From an uncultured bacterium (GTDB taxonomy: Bacteria > Acidobacteriota > Thermoanaerobaculia > Multivoradales > JAHZIX01), in contig CBDUPA010000008.1 in the NCBI GenBank assembly GCA_965368975.1, positions 192,001 through 256,000 on the forward strand: a stretch of DNA of 64,000 nucleotides, written 5' to 3'. The first letter of the stretch is position 1. Each line of letters opens with the position of its first letter. A model generated the notes under the pieces. It saw only the letters and a program-made list of their open reading frames with translations, did no database searches and had not been told where the DNA came from. This document shows, piece after piece, positions 29,677 through 54,123 of the stretch. The position numbers were made by a program, and so were the translations under genes.

Positions 29677-31338
29677 ATGCAGGCCGGCCAGCCTGACGTT
29701 GGGTCGCAGGTCGGACTCTCCAGAGCCGACGGGCTGCCGAGTTGGCAGAGCTGGCTGTTCGCCCTGTGCGGCGCCGGATTCGCCGTTGCCGGGATACATG
29801 TCCTGCGCGCCAACGATCTGGCCGGCGTCCTGACGCTGTTGATCCCACCAACGGCGGCGCTGGCGTGGGGCGCCGAACGGCACCCCGGTGGCAGGTCGCT
29901 GGGGCGCCTCCTGGGTGGGCTCGGGGTTGCACTCGCCCTCCTGGTGCTGGTGGGCACTCGCTCGCGGGGCGGCCTGCTGAGCCTGGTCGTGGCCTTCGTC
30001 GTGTTCGCGGTCCTGCGGCTGGTCTGGACGCGTCGGCGCGGGCTCTTGGCCTTGCTGGCGACGGTGGGTGGAGGCGCACTGCTGCTGCTGCCAGTGTCGC
30101 GGCGCTGGTTGCTGGTGCCGTGGCTCGATGGCGTGCAGGGCCTGTCCTGGAACAGTCTGCTCACCGGGAGACCCGCGATCTGGTACCGGGCTGGCCAGGC
30201 GGCAGTCGACTTCTCGCTCACCGGCTTGCCGGACTTTGGCCGCCGGGTGCCTCGGCTCTACCCCTGGCCGGCATACCTGCAGCCTGGAGGAGGTGTGCGC
30301 CCGCCGGTCGAAGATACGCACAACCTGGCGCTGCAGCTGGTTCTGGACTTCGGCCTGCTCGGTCTGCTCGCTGGCGTCCTGCTGACCGTGGGCGCGGTGT
30401 GGCGCTTGCTGCGAGCGCGCCGGGCGGCGTGTTGTGCCCGAGACGGCAAACAAGATGAGCAGCTGAGACTGTGGACGGAGGGGCTGCTGGCGGCGATCGC
30501 GGGGCATCTGGTCTACGGGCTGTTCGATGTGCTGGCGTTCGGGACCTTGGGCTTCTGGGTGCCTGTGCTGATCCTCGGCCTGGCCTGGACAGTGCCGGTA
30601 CCAGAAAGGGCGCGGCAGCGAAGGCGCAGTCACCGACCCGTACTGGTGACCGCGACCGTCCTTGGGCTGGCGGTGGGGTGGTGGGCGAGCGTCGACCTGG
30701 CACGGCAGCGGGCGCAGCTGCGGGTAGTCGAGTCGCTGGACGGGGGGGCCGTTCCAGACGAGCTGGCGCGGCTCGACGGGATGTTCGACCGTCGAGCCCT
30801 TCGCGCGTCACCGTTGGCCTGCCGGGCTGACTGGTGGCGTGGGTTGGCGGCGCAAGCGGCGGGGCAGTGGGCACAGCGGGACGCAAGCTGGATCGACCTG
30901 GCGCGGTGTGTGCCGTCGATGCTGCCGCTGCTGCGTGCCGGTGCCGTCACGCCGTCGGGTGTCGCGCCCTCGGCAGCGCTGGCGCGGCGGGTGCGAAGGC
31001 ATGTCGCTGAGACCGCGACTCCGGCAGCCCTGGCGCAGGTCGACCTCTGGTTGGCGGATGCCTTGGCGCTGCGTGACGAGATTCCGTCGGCGGCCCACCG
31101 CTACCGGCAGGTGCTGCGCGAGCGGCCCCGCGACGGCCAGATCTGGTTGCGGTTGGCTGGGCTGTCTGCCGAGACCGATCCTCGGGCAGCCCTCGACGCC
31201 TTCGAGCTGGCCTGTCGTTTCGGCGATCCCGGAGCCAATGCGTGCGTCGGTGGTGCCGAGCTGGCGAAGGACCTCGGGTTGTTCGAACGGGCCGGCCGGC
31301 TCCGGGCACGGTCGCGCTGGCAGTCGACTCGGCGGTAG
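29677..31338 (+). CDS. O-antigen ligase (Wzy_C)-like membrane protein with C-terminal TPR-like region
   Basis: TRSRGG, R..IW, DTHNLALQLVLDFGLLG, HLVYGLFD; helical C-terminus. Start uncertain. Confidence 0.78.
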   Translation: MQAGQPDVGSQVGLSRADGLPSWQSWLFALCGAGFAVAGIHVLRANDLAGVLTLLIPPTAALAWGAERHPGGRSLGRLLGGLGVALALLVLVGTRSRGGLLSLVVAFVVFAVLRLVWTRRRGLLALLATVGGGALLLLPVSRRWLLVPWLDGVQGLSWNSLLTGRPAIWYRAGQAAVDFSLTGLPDFGRRVPRLYPWPAYLQPGGGVRPPVEDTHNLALQLVLDFGLLGLLAGVLLTVGAVWRLLRARRAACCARDGKQDEQLRLWTEGLLAAIAGHLVYGLFDVLAFGTLGFWVPVLILGLAWTVPVPERARQRRRSHRPVLVTATVLGLAVGWWASVDLARQRAQLRVVESLDGGAVPDELARLDGMFDRRALRASPLACRADWWRGLAAQAAGQWAQRDASWIDLARCVPSMLPLLRAGAVTPSGVAPSAALARRVRRHVAETATPAALAQVDLWLADALALRDEIPSAAHRYRQVLRERPRDGQIWLRLAGLSAETDPRAALDAFELACRFGDPGANACVGGAELAKDLGLFERAGRLRARSRWQSTRR

Positions 31339-31359
31339 CGCTCTGCGACGGGTGCTAGC

Positions 31360-33762
31360 ATGCTCCCGATGCGCCCTTCGAAGACCCCCCTGTGCTTGGC
31401 TCTGCTCGTGGTTTCGCTGACTGCCGGAGCGGTGGCGTCAACATCGCCGGTGGCCGCTGGTGAGTGGATTCTCGACGCTGAGGCGGAGGCCCGTTATGCC
31501 CGCTTCCAGGATCTCGGTGACAAGGTCCACGGCGGTGAGCTCGTGGCCCACTGGCTGCCGGACGGTGAGCGCTTCTGGTTCGCCACCGGGGCGCCGCAGG
31601 CAACGGAGATCCTGCTGGTTGACCCGCGCGAGACGCCGGTGCGTCCGCGTCCGTTCTTCGACGTCGAGCGCCTGCGCCAGGTGATCGGTGCCGCAGTGGG
31701 CCATGAACCTCCGGGGCGCGGTGTGCCCTTCCGCGACTTCGTGATGGAAGGGCGCGGCGAGGACGCGAGTGTGCGGTTCCAGGTCGAGGGGCGCACCTTT
31801 CGGCTCCGGCTGGCAGACTACCGATGGACTCGGGTGCCGGCACTCTCCGCGGCCGAGGCCGCTCGCACGACACCCCGCATCGCGCGCGCACCGCGTTATG
31901 CGGGGGAGCCGCCGGTGTTCGAGATCCTGTCGCCGAAGGGACACTGGTGGGCCAGCCTGACAGCAGACGGCGTGAGCGCCGGTACGGGGGCCAGCGGCTC
32001 TGACCTGACTCTGCGCTCGAACTTCGACGGTCGCAGCCGGCAGCTGACCCACGACGGGGATCGACCGAACCTACGCTGGGACATCGCGACGGCGCTCTGG
32101 TCGCCCGACGGAGTGACCCTGGCAGCGACGAGGCAGAATCTCGAGGGCGTTCACCGCGTACCGCTGGTGCACTGGCTGCAGCCGCGCGCGCAGGTCGAGT
32201 GGGTGCCGTTTGCCAAGACTGGCGGTGTCTTGCCACGCGAGGAGGTCTTCCTGGTCGACATTCTCTCCGGAGAGCAGACGCGCGTCGACGACGGCTGCAG
32301 CACGCCGTGCTACCTGTTTCCGGCAGCCTGGATGCGCGACGGCCGGGAACTGCTGATCCTGCGCATGTCCCGGACCTTCGACCGCCTCGATCTGCTGGTC
32401 GCCGACCGGGCTACGGGGGCGACGCGCGTCGTGCTGACGGAGACGTCGAACACCTTTGTCGAGGGCCTGGCTTTCCTCTACACCTGGAGGCACTTCGTCA
32501 CACCACTGGCCGATGGCGAGCGCTTCCTGTGGCTCTCCGAGCGCGACGGTTTTCACCATCTCTACCTGTACGACCTCGACGGCCGTCTAGTGCGCCGGCT
32601 GACACATGGCGCCTTCCCTGTGCAAGCGGTGCAGGCGATCGACGAGGCGACCGGCACCGTCTACGTGCTGGCCCAGAGTGATCCGTCAAGGCCCTACGAT
32701 TTGCACCTGGCGCGCGTAGATCTGGGCGCCACTGCCGGGAATCAGGACCGTCCCCGCGACGGCTGGCGCCAGCTCTCCGAAGCGCCCGGCCAGCACCGGG
32801 TGCAGCTGTCGCCGTCGAGAACGGTCTTCCTCGACACCTACTCCACCGTCACGCAGCCACCACGCACCGAGCTGCGCACCACGGACGGGAAGCTGCTGGC
32901 GGTGCTCGCCGAGGCGGATGTGACGGCACTCGAAGCGCTCGACTGGCCGATGCCGGAGCCCTTCGTGGTGCCGGCGGCCGACGGTGTCACCGCCTTGCAC
33001 GGTGTGCTCTACCGGCCTTTCGACTTCGATGCCAAGCGTCGCTACCCGGTGATCGACATCATCTACAACGGTCCATTCATCACTTGGGCGCCGAAAACGT
33101 TCCTCGACCCGGTGGGGCAGAGCGCGCAGCGCCTGGCGCAGCTCGGTTTCCTCGTCCTGGTGGTCGATGGTCGCGGCACGCCAGGCCGCGGCAAGGCCTT
33201 TCAGGACGTCGTCTTTGGCAACTTCGGCCAGCATGAGATCCCGGATCACGCCGCCGCGCTCCGGGCGCTGGCGGCGACGCGTCCTTACATCGATCTGTCG
33301 CGTGTCGGCATGTTCGGCGGTTCCTGGGGCGGCTACATGACGCTGCGCGCGCTGCTCACGATGCCGGACGTCTACCACGTGGGTGTCGTGGTCAACCCGG
33401 TGGTCGATCTCTACGACCACGGAGCTACCGACATCGAGGGCTATATGGGGTTGCCGGAACAGCGTCCCGAGGCCTACCGCCGGGCGTCGAACCTCGAGCT
33501 GGTGCCGCAGCTGCGCGGCAAGCTGCTGCTCATGCACAGCACCAACGACGTCAATGCGACCTTCTCGGCGAGCGTCAAGCTGATCGATGCGCTGATCCGC
33601 GCCGACCGTCACTTCGAGCTGCTGGTGCTGCCGGGCCAAGATCATTGGCCGCAGGGGGCCAGCAACGAGTACTATCAGCGCCGGCTCCGCAACTACTTTG
33701 CCGAGCACTTGTTGGCTCCTGATCCCAGGGAGGCTTTGCATGCCACAGCGACCTCGCCCTGA
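31360..33762 (+). CDS. S9 family peptidase (dipeptidyl peptidase IV-like), secreted
   Basis: Signal peptide, beta-propeller (SERDGFHHLYLY), GGSWGG nucleophile elbow, NDVN Asp, QDH His. Confidence 0.93.
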   Translation: MLPMRPSKTPLCLALLVVSLTAGAVASTSPVAAGEWILDAEAEARYARFQDLGDKVHGGELVAHWLPDGERFWFATGAPQATEILLVDPRETPVRPRPFFDVERLRQVIGAAVGHEPPGRGVPFRDFVMEGRGEDASVRFQVEGRTFRLRLADYRWTRVPALSAAEAARTTPRIARAPRYAGEPPVFEILSPKGHWWASLTADGVSAGTGASGSDLTLRSNFDGRSRQLTHDGDRPNLRWDIATALWSPDGVTLAATRQNLEGVHRVPLVHWLQPRAQVEWVPFAKTGGVLPREEVFLVDILSGEQTRVDDGCSTPCYLFPAAWMRDGRELLILRMSRTFDRLDLLVADRATGATRVVLTETSNTFVEGLAFLYTWRHFVTPLADGERFLWLSERDGFHHLYLYDLDGRLVRRLTHGAFPVQAVQAIDEATGTVYVLAQSDPSRPYDLHLARVDLGATAGNQDRPRDGWRQLSEAPGQHRVQLSPSRTVFLDTYSTVTQPPRTELRTTDGKLLAVLAEADVTALEALDWPMPEPFVVPAADGVTALHGVLYRPFDFDAKRRYPVIDIIYNGPFITWAPKTFLDPVGQSAQRLAQLGFLVLVVDGRGTPGRGKAFQDVVFGNFGQHEIPDHAAALRALAATRPYIDLSRVGMFGGSWGGYMTLRALLTMPDVYHVGVVVNPVVDLYDHGATDIEGYMGLPEQRPEAYRRASNLELVPQLRGKLLLMHSTNDVNATFSASVKLIDALIRADRHFELLVLPGQDHWPQGASNEYYQRRLRNYFAEHLLAPDPREALHATATSP

Positions 33763-34234
33763 CTCTCCTCCCAAGCCTGTCGTCGGGTGGCGCGAGTGGG
33801 CCGCCTTGCCCGAACTCAGCGTACCGCGTATCAAGATCAAGGTCGACACCGGGGCCCGGACCTCGGCGCTGCACGCTTTCGACGTCGAGCGCTTCGAGCG
33901 CGAGGGTCAGCCTTGGGTGCGCTTCGTCATCCATCCGCTGCAGCGCGACACTGAGACGACCGTCGAGACCGAAGCGCCGTTGCTCGAGGAGCGCTGGGTG
34001 CGCTCGTCCAACGGTAAGCGGAGCCTGCGTCCGACCATCCGCACGACGGTACGCCTGGGTGAACTCAGCTGGCCGATCGAAGTGACGCTGGTGCGCCGCG
34101 ACGTCATGGGCTTCCGCATGCTGCTCGGTCGGCAGGCCGTGCGCGCACGCCGCCTGCTGGTCGACCCGGGACGCTCCTACGTGCAGTCCAAACGCCGTGC
34201 CAAGCAGCCAGACTCCCCGAAAGGGCCGCAATGA
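33740..34234 (+). CDS. RimB/RimK-associated retropepsin-like protease (often annotated ATP-dependent zinc protease)
   Basis: VVGWREW..LPEL...KVDTGARTSALHA...VRSSNG...RP...MGFRMLLGRQA...VDPGRSY; GGGAGG RBS. Confidence 0.92.
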   Translation: MPQRPRPDSPPKPVVGWREWAALPELSVPRIKIKVDTGARTSALHAFDVERFEREGQPWVRFVIHPLQRDTETTVETEAPLLEERWVRSSNGKRSLRPTIRTTVRLGELSWPIEVTLVRRDVMGFRMLLGRQAVRARRLLVDPGRSYVQSKRRAKQPDSPKGPQ

Positions 34235-34272
34235 ATACCGGTAGTCTGTCGCGGAATCACATTCGTGCCTGA
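34231..34272 (+). pseudogene. Possible rimK 5' remnant
   Basis: ATGA-coupled 13-aa ORF MNTGSLSRNHIRA resembles the RimK N-terminus (MKIAILSRN-like) at the position rimK usually occupies. Confidence 0.4.
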
Positions 34273-35290
34273 GGTCGCGGCAAGTCGGGCCGCCTACAGC
34301 CGCTTTCCCAGCCTTTCGCGCGAGCGACCCGAAGCGATCCGTGTCGCCGAAGCGGTTGTGCCCCCTGGCCAACGCAAGCAGATCGACGTGCCCGTGGCGC
34401 GGCTGGTCACCGGCACGTGGGCCTCGCTGCCCGTCGTCGTGCTCAACGGTCGCTTTCCGGGGCCTCGCCTGTGGCTCGACGCCGCCATCCACGGCGACGA
34501 ACTCAATGGCATGGAAGTGATCCGCCAGGTGCTGGCTGAGCTCGATGTGCGCAAGCTTCGCGGTTCGATCCTGGCGGTGCCAGTGGTCAATGTCTTCGGC
34601 TTCCTGCACCAGACGCGCTATCTTCCCGATCGCCGCGACCTCAATCGTAGCTTCCCAGGCTCGGTGCGCGGCTCGCTGGCGTCGCGCTTGGCGCACCTCT
34701 TCCTCGAGGAAGTCGTGTCCAAGTGTCAGTACGGCATCGATCTGCACACCGGTGCCGCCCACCGCACGAACCTGCCGCAGGTGCGGGCGCAGCTGGAAGA
34801 TCCTGAGATCCGCTGGCTAGCCGAGGCCTTCGACGCACCGATGCTCTACACCGCGCCGACGCTCAAGGGCTCGCTGCGCGCGGTAGCCAACAGTCGGGGC
34901 ATCAAGATGTTGGTCTACGAGGCTGGCGAACCGCTGCGCTTCAACGACGACGCCATCCGTGTCGGCGTGCGCGGCGTGCTGCGTGTGCTCGATGCCCTCG
35001 GCATGTGGCCGGCCGATGCCACCGTCTTGGCCGCCTCGCCCCCCCCTTCCTTCGAAGCCGGGGCCACGCGCTGGGTACGCGCCAGCCGTAGCGGCATCTT
35101 TCATCGTGAGACCGAGCTGGGCTCACACGTCGCGAGCGGGGACGTCATCGGCTATCTGAACAATCCTTTCTCCAGCTCGCGTCGCCTCAAGGTCAAGGCG
35201 CCGGCTACCGGCATGATCATCGGCTTCACGCGCAATCCGCTGGTGCACCAGGGAGACGCGCTAGTGCACGTGGCGGAGCCGAAGACCTGA
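34265..35290 (+). CDS. Succinylglutamate desuccinylase/aspartoacylase (M14) family protein
   Basis: AAIHGDELNG, RYLPDRRDLNRSFPG, IDLHTG, YEAGE, C-terminal lipoyl-like fold. Start uncertain. Confidence 0.93.
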   Translation: MPEVAASRAAYSRFPSLSRERPEAIRVAEAVVPPGQRKQIDVPVARLVTGTWASLPVVVLNGRFPGPRLWLDAAIHGDELNGMEVIRQVLAELDVRKLRGSILAVPVVNVFGFLHQTRYLPDRRDLNRSFPGSVRGSLASRLAHLFLEEVVSKCQYGIDLHTGAAHRTNLPQVRAQLEDPEIRWLAEAFDAPMLYTAPTLKGSLRAVANSRGIKMLVYEAGEPLRFNDDAIRVGVRGVLRVLDALGMWPADATVLAASPPPSFEAGATRWVRASRSGIFHRETELGSHVASGDVIGYLNNPFSSSRRLKVKAPATGMIIGFTRNPLVHQGDALVHVAEPKT

Positions 35291-35368
35291 CACGGGCGCG
35301 CCGCCGGGACGACGATCTCCAGCCGGGTTTCAGGGCCGCCGTCGAAGAAGTTGCGCGGGTCAGGTAGG

Positions 35369-37789
35369 ATGGAAATGTTCATGGACGCACCTTCGACTAT
35401 CTCGCGCTATCGGCTCACCGGCGAGCTCGGCCGCGGCGGCATGGGGGTGGTGTATCGAGCGGAGGACCCCCAGCTCGGGCGCAACGTTGCCGTCAAGGTG
35501 ATCCTGTTCCCGAACCAGGCGAGCGCCGAGCAGCGCACGCAGCTGGAGCGGCGCTTCGAGCGAGAGGCGCGCGCGGCGGCGGGAATCCAACATCCGGGGG
35601 TGATCACGGTCTATGACTTCGGCCGAGACGGTGACTACCTCTTCCTGGTGATGGAGCTGATCGACGGGCAGTCGCTCGACCAGGTTCTGCGTCAGGGGCG
35701 CCGGCCGGGCCGTGCGGCGGCGTTCGAGATTGTGGCCCGCGTGGCCGACGCGCTGGCGGTGGCGCATGCCGGTGGCGTGGTGCACCGCGATGTGACGCCG
35801 CGCAACATCCTGATCGCCAAGGACGGACGCGTGATCGTCACGGATTTCGGTGTTGCCCGCAGCTTCGGCGAAGAGACCGTAGATCTAACGCACACCGGCA
35901 TGTTGGTGGGCAGCCCGCGATACATGGCGCCTGAGCTGGTGCGCAACCGTGACTTCGACGGTCGTGCCGACTTGTTCTCGCTTGGCGTCGTGCTTTACTT
36001 CCTGCTCACCGGTCAGCAAGCCTTCCGCGGCAGTGACATGACGTCCTTGCTCTACCAGATTGTGCACGAGGATCCGCTGGAAGACCTCGATCTACAGGGT
36101 AGCTTGAGCCGCGAGGTGGTGCACTTTCTTGCCAAGAGTCTGGCCAAGGCGCCGGAGGATCGCTTCCAGAGCGCCGAGGACTTCGCCGCCGAAGCCCGGT
36201 GCCTGAGTGCCGAGGCGGCGGACAAGCCGGAACTGGAGGAGACGGTCGACTTGCTCGGTTCTGTGCGCAGTGGCGCCGTAGCCGGCAACCCTGCTCGGAG
36301 TTCGGCACGGCAGCCGGCACCTACCGAGCCGCCCGGCTGGCGACGTCGCCCCATGGTGCTGCTTGCGGCCTTCCTGCTGCTGCTGCTGCTGTCTTTGGCA
36401 GGTACGTGGGTCTGGACACAGTGGTCCAGCGGCGTTTGGGCGTCGAATCGGCCGACGCTGGAAGAGCGCGCGGCCGGGCAGAGTACGCCCGGGGAGCCGG
36501 CGAGCGGAGACGAGCTACCGCCATCACAAGGCGAGGAGGCTTCGGGGCCGGCACCCACGACCGACTCTTCCGCCCTAGCTGACCAGATGTCGGCTGCGGC
36601 GTTGGAGATTCCGGTGTCGTCACAGCCGAGACAAGCTTCGACGATCCCCGAGCCGACCCCCGTGCGACCGGCCATCTCGGCCCCGCCGCCCGAGCGCTCC
36701 CGGAACGAGCCGCAACGCTCGCCACGCCCAGTAGAACAACCAGGCGAGCGGCCAGTAGAACCGCCAGAAGAGCAACCAGCCGAGCCGGCCGCCGACACCG
36801 CGCCCGACACCGTCGCTCCCGTTCTCGCCCTCGATCCACAGCCAGCGCAGTTCACCTCCTCGCGCATCGTGCTGAGTGGCAGGGTTCTAGACGACCGCGG
36901 GGCGGTCGAACTCCACGTCGATGGCGCGCCGATCACGGTCGAGGAGGGCGGAGTGTTTCTGACACGGCGGTCGTTGCAGCCCGGGCGCAACGTCTTCACC
37001 TTCGTCGCTGTCGACGACGCCGGCAACCAGACCATGCGCTCCCTCGAGGTGATGGCTCCCGCTGCTGGTGGCACTGCTGCTACCGCTGATCCTACCGCTG
37101 ATGCTGGCATCGGCAACGACCCCGGCCCACCAGGAGATCCGCCAACGCCACCGCCGCCGCGCCCGCCGTCTCGCTTCGCCGACCGTGGCGACGGCTCGCT
37201 GATCGACCGTCGTACCGGCCTGGCATGGACCAAGCGTTTGCCCGGCGAGATGGACTGGCGCGCCGCCCGCGACTACTGCCGTGGCCTCGATCTGGGCCGC
37301 GCCGACGATTGGATGCTGCCGACGATCGAAGAGCTCGAGGAATACCATCGCGCTGGCACGCGGCCTATGCCGGCCCCGGGAAACCAGATGGCTGGTCCGG
37401 CACCCCTCAACTTCCCGGCACAGCCTGTGTGGAGTTCGTCCCGCCAGGGCTTCTCGGACGCCTGGATGTTCGATCTTGGCCCGGGCACGCGGCGCGAGGC
37501 ATCGCGCAATGGCGATCAGGCCAGCGCCTTCTGCGTCCGCCGTACGGAAGGCGGTGAGCCACGACCTCGCCGCGAGGAGATCTTTGATCCCTTCGGTCAA
37601 CCTGATCCCAACGGTCAGCCCGGCCGCCCCGACCGCAGTCCGCCGGGCGGCCAGCAAGGAGGTCCTCAAGGTCCTCCGGGTGGTCAGCGAGGTGGTGGTG
37701 GGGAGCGTGGCGGCAAGCAGGGCGGTGGCCGAGGCCCTGGCGGCCCGGACCGTGGCGGTCCGCCGCCGAGTCATTTCGTGGTGCGCTGA
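35369..37789 (+). CDS. Membrane Ser/Thr protein kinase with Pro-rich linker, Ig-like domain and DUF1566-like domain
   Basis: LGRGGMGVVY, VAVK, HRDVTPRN, DFG, YMAPE, TM helix; RFADRGDGSLIDRRTGLAW...W..A..YC...DDWMLPTIEEL...VWSS..AW...CVR; Gly/Pro/Gln-rich tail. Confidence 0.9.
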   Translation: MEMFMDAPSTISRYRLTGELGRGGMGVVYRAEDPQLGRNVAVKVILFPNQASAEQRTQLERRFEREARAAAGIQHPGVITVYDFGRDGDYLFLVMELIDGQSLDQVLRQGRRPGRAAAFEIVARVADALAVAHAGGVVHRDVTPRNILIAKDGRVIVTDFGVARSFGEETVDLTHTGMLVGSPRYMAPELVRNRDFDGRADLFSLGVVLYFLLTGQQAFRGSDMTSLLYQIVHEDPLEDLDLQGSLSREVVHFLAKSLAKAPEDRFQSAEDFAAEARCLSAEAADKPELEETVDLLGSVRSGAVAGNPARSSARQPAPTEPPGWRRRPMVLLAAFLLLLLLSLAGTWVWTQWSSGVWASNRPTLEERAAGQSTPGEPASGDELPPSQGEEASGPAPTTDSSALADQMSAAALEIPVSSQPRQASTIPEPTPVRPAISAPPPERSRNEPQRSPRPVEQPGERPVEPPEEQPAEPAADTAPDTVAPVLALDPQPAQFTSSRIVLSGRVLDDRGAVELHVDGAPITVEEGGVFLTRRSLQPGRNVFTFVAVDDAGNQTMRSLEVMAPAAGGTAATADPTADAGIGNDPGPPGDPPTPPPPRPPSRFADRGDGSLIDRRTGLAWTKRLPGEMDWRAARDYCRGLDLGRADDWMLPTIEELEEYHRAGTRPMPAPGNQMAGPAPLNFPAQPVWSSSRQGFSDAWMFDLGPGTRREASRNGDQASAFCVRRTEGGEPRPRREEIFDPFGQPDPNGQPGRPDRSPPGGQQGGPQGPPGGQRGGGGERGGKQGGGRGPGGPDRGGPPPSHFVVR

Positions 37790-37819
37790 GCCAGCAAGCT
37801 CTGGTACCAGCCAGGTGCC

Positions 37820-54115
<16,296 letters not shown>

Positions 54116-54123
54116 GGTCTGCC

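Noticed and set aside
31360-35290. S9 peptidase and deacylase as NRPS tailoring or resistance genes
   Set aside because: Opposite strand, separated from the NRPS by the kinase, and explained by common non-BGC contexts; only proximity supports a link.
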